Source: Neodothiora populina (Eukaryota). Taken from it: 64,000 nucleotides of DNA. The notes under the pieces are model-generated. The model saw only the letters and a list, made by a program, of their open reading frames with translations. It made no database searches and was not told the DNA's origin. A program made the position numbers and the translations under genes. The stretch lies in NCBI RefSeq assembly GCF_041146345.1, contig NW_027191411.1, positions 1,612,001 through 1,676,000 of the forward strand, written 5' to 3'. Below are positions 61,910 to 64,000 of the stretch, piece by piece (the stretch's first letter is position 1; every line of letters starts with the position of its first letter).

Positions 61910-62308
61910 ATGGTTGAAGCCCTGAGCGGCGCAACGGAGACTCCTCTGTCTAAGGTCCAGATGGCGCATCATAACCCTCGTCCGCAACACAGCGATGACC
62001 CCAGCAGGAACGCGATGGTCTTGACGCACTTATTGACCAAGTGGACGCTGTTGCCCTTGCCGTATATGCCTGGTCCTGAGTCTGGTGCGAACCCGAGACA
62101 TGAGACGTCGAAACAGCCCGCGCGTGAGCAGACGCAGGTTAGTTTCAATATCGAGTACACGTTCGCTAATCCGATGTATGCAGCGCTGAACGCTGCGGCT
62201 GTGCCTCAGGTTGCTAGTAAGATGATTGCGGCGCTTAAGGAGAGGGCGAGGAAGGTTATCAAGGAGAGGACGAGGAAGGGTGAGAGCCGCATAACAAGCA
62301 ACGAATGA
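61910..62308 (+). pseudogene. C-terminal half of a Coq10-like START/polyketide-cyclase domain; apparently 5'-truncated
   Basis: VEALSG...LTHLLTKWTLLP...TQVSFNIEYTFANPMYAAL...VASKMIAALKERA resembles the fungal Coq10 C-terminal half; no N-terminal half is recognisable in the 246 bp after the OGG1 stop. Confidence 0.6.
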
Positions 62309-63731
62309 GAAAATCAAACAAAAGATGAAGAGAATCGAGGAAGACTGATTGTATCTGTATACTGTCCATATATAAAAGAATATCCAAAGAAAAAGGAGAC
62401 ACAATACCGAAGACGCTAGCACAACCGATCAGAGTACAACCAACAAGTCCTCTCTCAGACCATGCTTGCAAATCTTCTTGCATATCCCGAGACCAACGAA
62501 AACCCGCAACGACGTTTCCTTAATATGCTCATTTTTCATAAACTCGAGTCTTAAAGTCGCCTTCTCTCAAGTGTGTGTACTGATACAGCACAATCTACAG
62601 CAAAACCCTCCCATTCTCTTGTTACCTTTCTCTTGTTACCTTTCTCCAGGACTTACCTACCTCACTACTAAACACGGTCTAGAGCTAGACTTGAGCTGAC
62701 TTGACGTGACGTGACATGGCACCTTTACCGCGTCGTGACCCTGTCCTTGTTCTTTTCACCCTCTTACTGCGTTCGAAGGAAAGGACAGTAGTAGTGCTGC
62801 GCATCATGCTGTCTGGTTTGTGTACTGCTTTTATGTCTTTTTATCTGGTTAGGAGAGGAATAGAGGGAGTGCCCTAGATTAGGCTAAAGATATGGTATAT
62901 ACCTTACTTTCCATAGCTCATCCTTCCTGGGCTGTTGCTATAGACCTGGACAAATAACCCAACCCTCTGCAAAGGACCTTCCTGTCCTTGGATCTTACCT
63001 TCACAAAAGCGGAAAAATCAAGAAACATATGTCTTCTCTTTCTTCTGATGATGTATGTATTCCTATTATTACCGGATCTAATTATATAGCCGTCCACCCC
63101 CCCAAAACCAAAAACTCCAATGACAAGATGACAAAGGGACAGGATGAATGAGTGTAGATGAGTCAAGCGCTCTGATGAAAGAAAACAAGGAAAGGAAAGG
63201 ACCTGATCCCGAAACAGACATTGATGAAGAGAGTCGGAATCGGAGTCCAGAGTGGGTAAGCCAAGTGAGTGAAGGGCTTGAATCAAGTGAACTAATGGGA
63301 GGAAACAAAAAGGGAAAGAAAAAGGAAAGGGAAAGGAAAGAAGATATTAGGGGTTCGACGTAACCAGACCAAAGCAAATCACCGCCTCTTCTACCACCAC
63401 TTCTTCCTCCTCCCACTCCTCATTCTCATTCTCCCGCCTACTCCTTGAGCGCGTGATGGGAACTCCTGTACTCGAAGAAGGCCGAAACCGTCATCATTTT
63501 TAAATACAACCCAAAAACAGAGCCTTCTCCAGTATCTGAGCACCTGTGAAGATCAAGCCTGTCCACCGTCCATCCTCGATGCATTGATGGGAAAGAAGAA
63601 TCGGAGAAAGCCACCAAAGTTTTGTTGCGCCGTCTCTGTTTCTGTGTAGCCCTTCTCCACGATCAGAACAGGTCCCACGTATATGTCCGTGGTCTTGATT
63701 CGTTCAGCAGCCCTTCTAGTGATTGACACCT

Positions 63732-63998
63732 TTATCCAGTAACCTGCCGCAACATAGCCATATATTCAGCAGGAGCGGCTCTCGCGTCCAGCTTGGCAAG
63801 GACACCTCTGGTTCGTGGCGCAATACGCCTGAACATGTCATCGGCACCCAGCCTCCGTCGCATGGTTTGAAGCAGAACAGAGAGGAACGGAGGCTCGGCT
63901 CTGGCTATGCGGCTATCGACGAGGAAGGCATAAAGGCTGTCAGGGTTGTCGCCATGATGACTTGGGTTCGGTGCTTCTTCAAGCAGTGTCTCGAGTAG
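63732..63998 (-). CDS. 3' end of an unidentified protein-coding gene entering from the right edge
   Basis: Open frame from the window end, LLETLLEEAPNPSHHGDNPDSLYAFLVDSRIAR...AMLRQVTG*, stop at 63732-63734; no family recognised. Confidence 0.5.
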   Translation of the reverse strand, partial: LLETLLEEAPNPSHHGDNPDSLYAFLVDSRIARAEPPFLSVLLQTMRRRLGADDMFRRIAPRTRGVLAKLDARAAPAEYMAMLRQVTG

Positions 63999-64000
63999 AG

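Noticed and set aside
1..64000. Transposons, RIP-degraded repeats, CRISPR arrays, secondary-metabolite clusters, riboswitches and stop-codon-readthrough PTS1 signals
   Set aside because: None recognised: no transposase/RT motifs, no long AT-rich blocks, no PKS/NRPS, no TPP aptamer consensus and no TGA-CTA readthrough context at the stops checked.

Overview
Gene-dense, intron-containing chromosomal DNA from a filamentous ascomycete (Pezizomycotina, inferred from the short GT-AG introns with CTRAC branch points and from gene content; the lower taxon cannot be determined here). About 21 intact, mostly housekeeping genes are supported: nitroreductase (Frm2/Hbn1 family), methionine permease, a low-complexity orphan, vacuolar subtilase (Prb1-like), BEACH protein (Bph1-like), Pfa5-type palmitoyltransferase, LMBR1/LMBRD1 protein, an F-box-like protein, a 7TM receptor, DUF202, a Zn2Cys6 factor, a Dpy-30/Sdc1 protein, RPS13, Tos1-like glucanase, PEX13, a Zrc1/Cot1 zinc transporter, CPT1/EPT1, ribosome-associated Hsp70 SSB, SEC9, U2AF large subunit and OGG1. 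There is also a 5'-truncated COQ10-like remnant and the 3' end of an unknown gene at the right edge. No transposon, rRNA, tRNA, CRISPR array or secondary-metabolite cluster was found. The most interesting signals are at RNA level. Three gene-expression genes each have one atypically long intron with a weak or non-canonical donor and foldable stems: a GC-AG intron in SSB whose donor pairs perfectly with an intronic 8-mer, RPS13 intron 2, and the last intron of U2AF65. These are candidate (auto)regulatory splicing switches. A ~66-bp direct repeat also sits just upstream of the zinc-transporter TATA box. All exon boundaries and RNA structures were read by eye and need RNA-seq and covariation confirmation.
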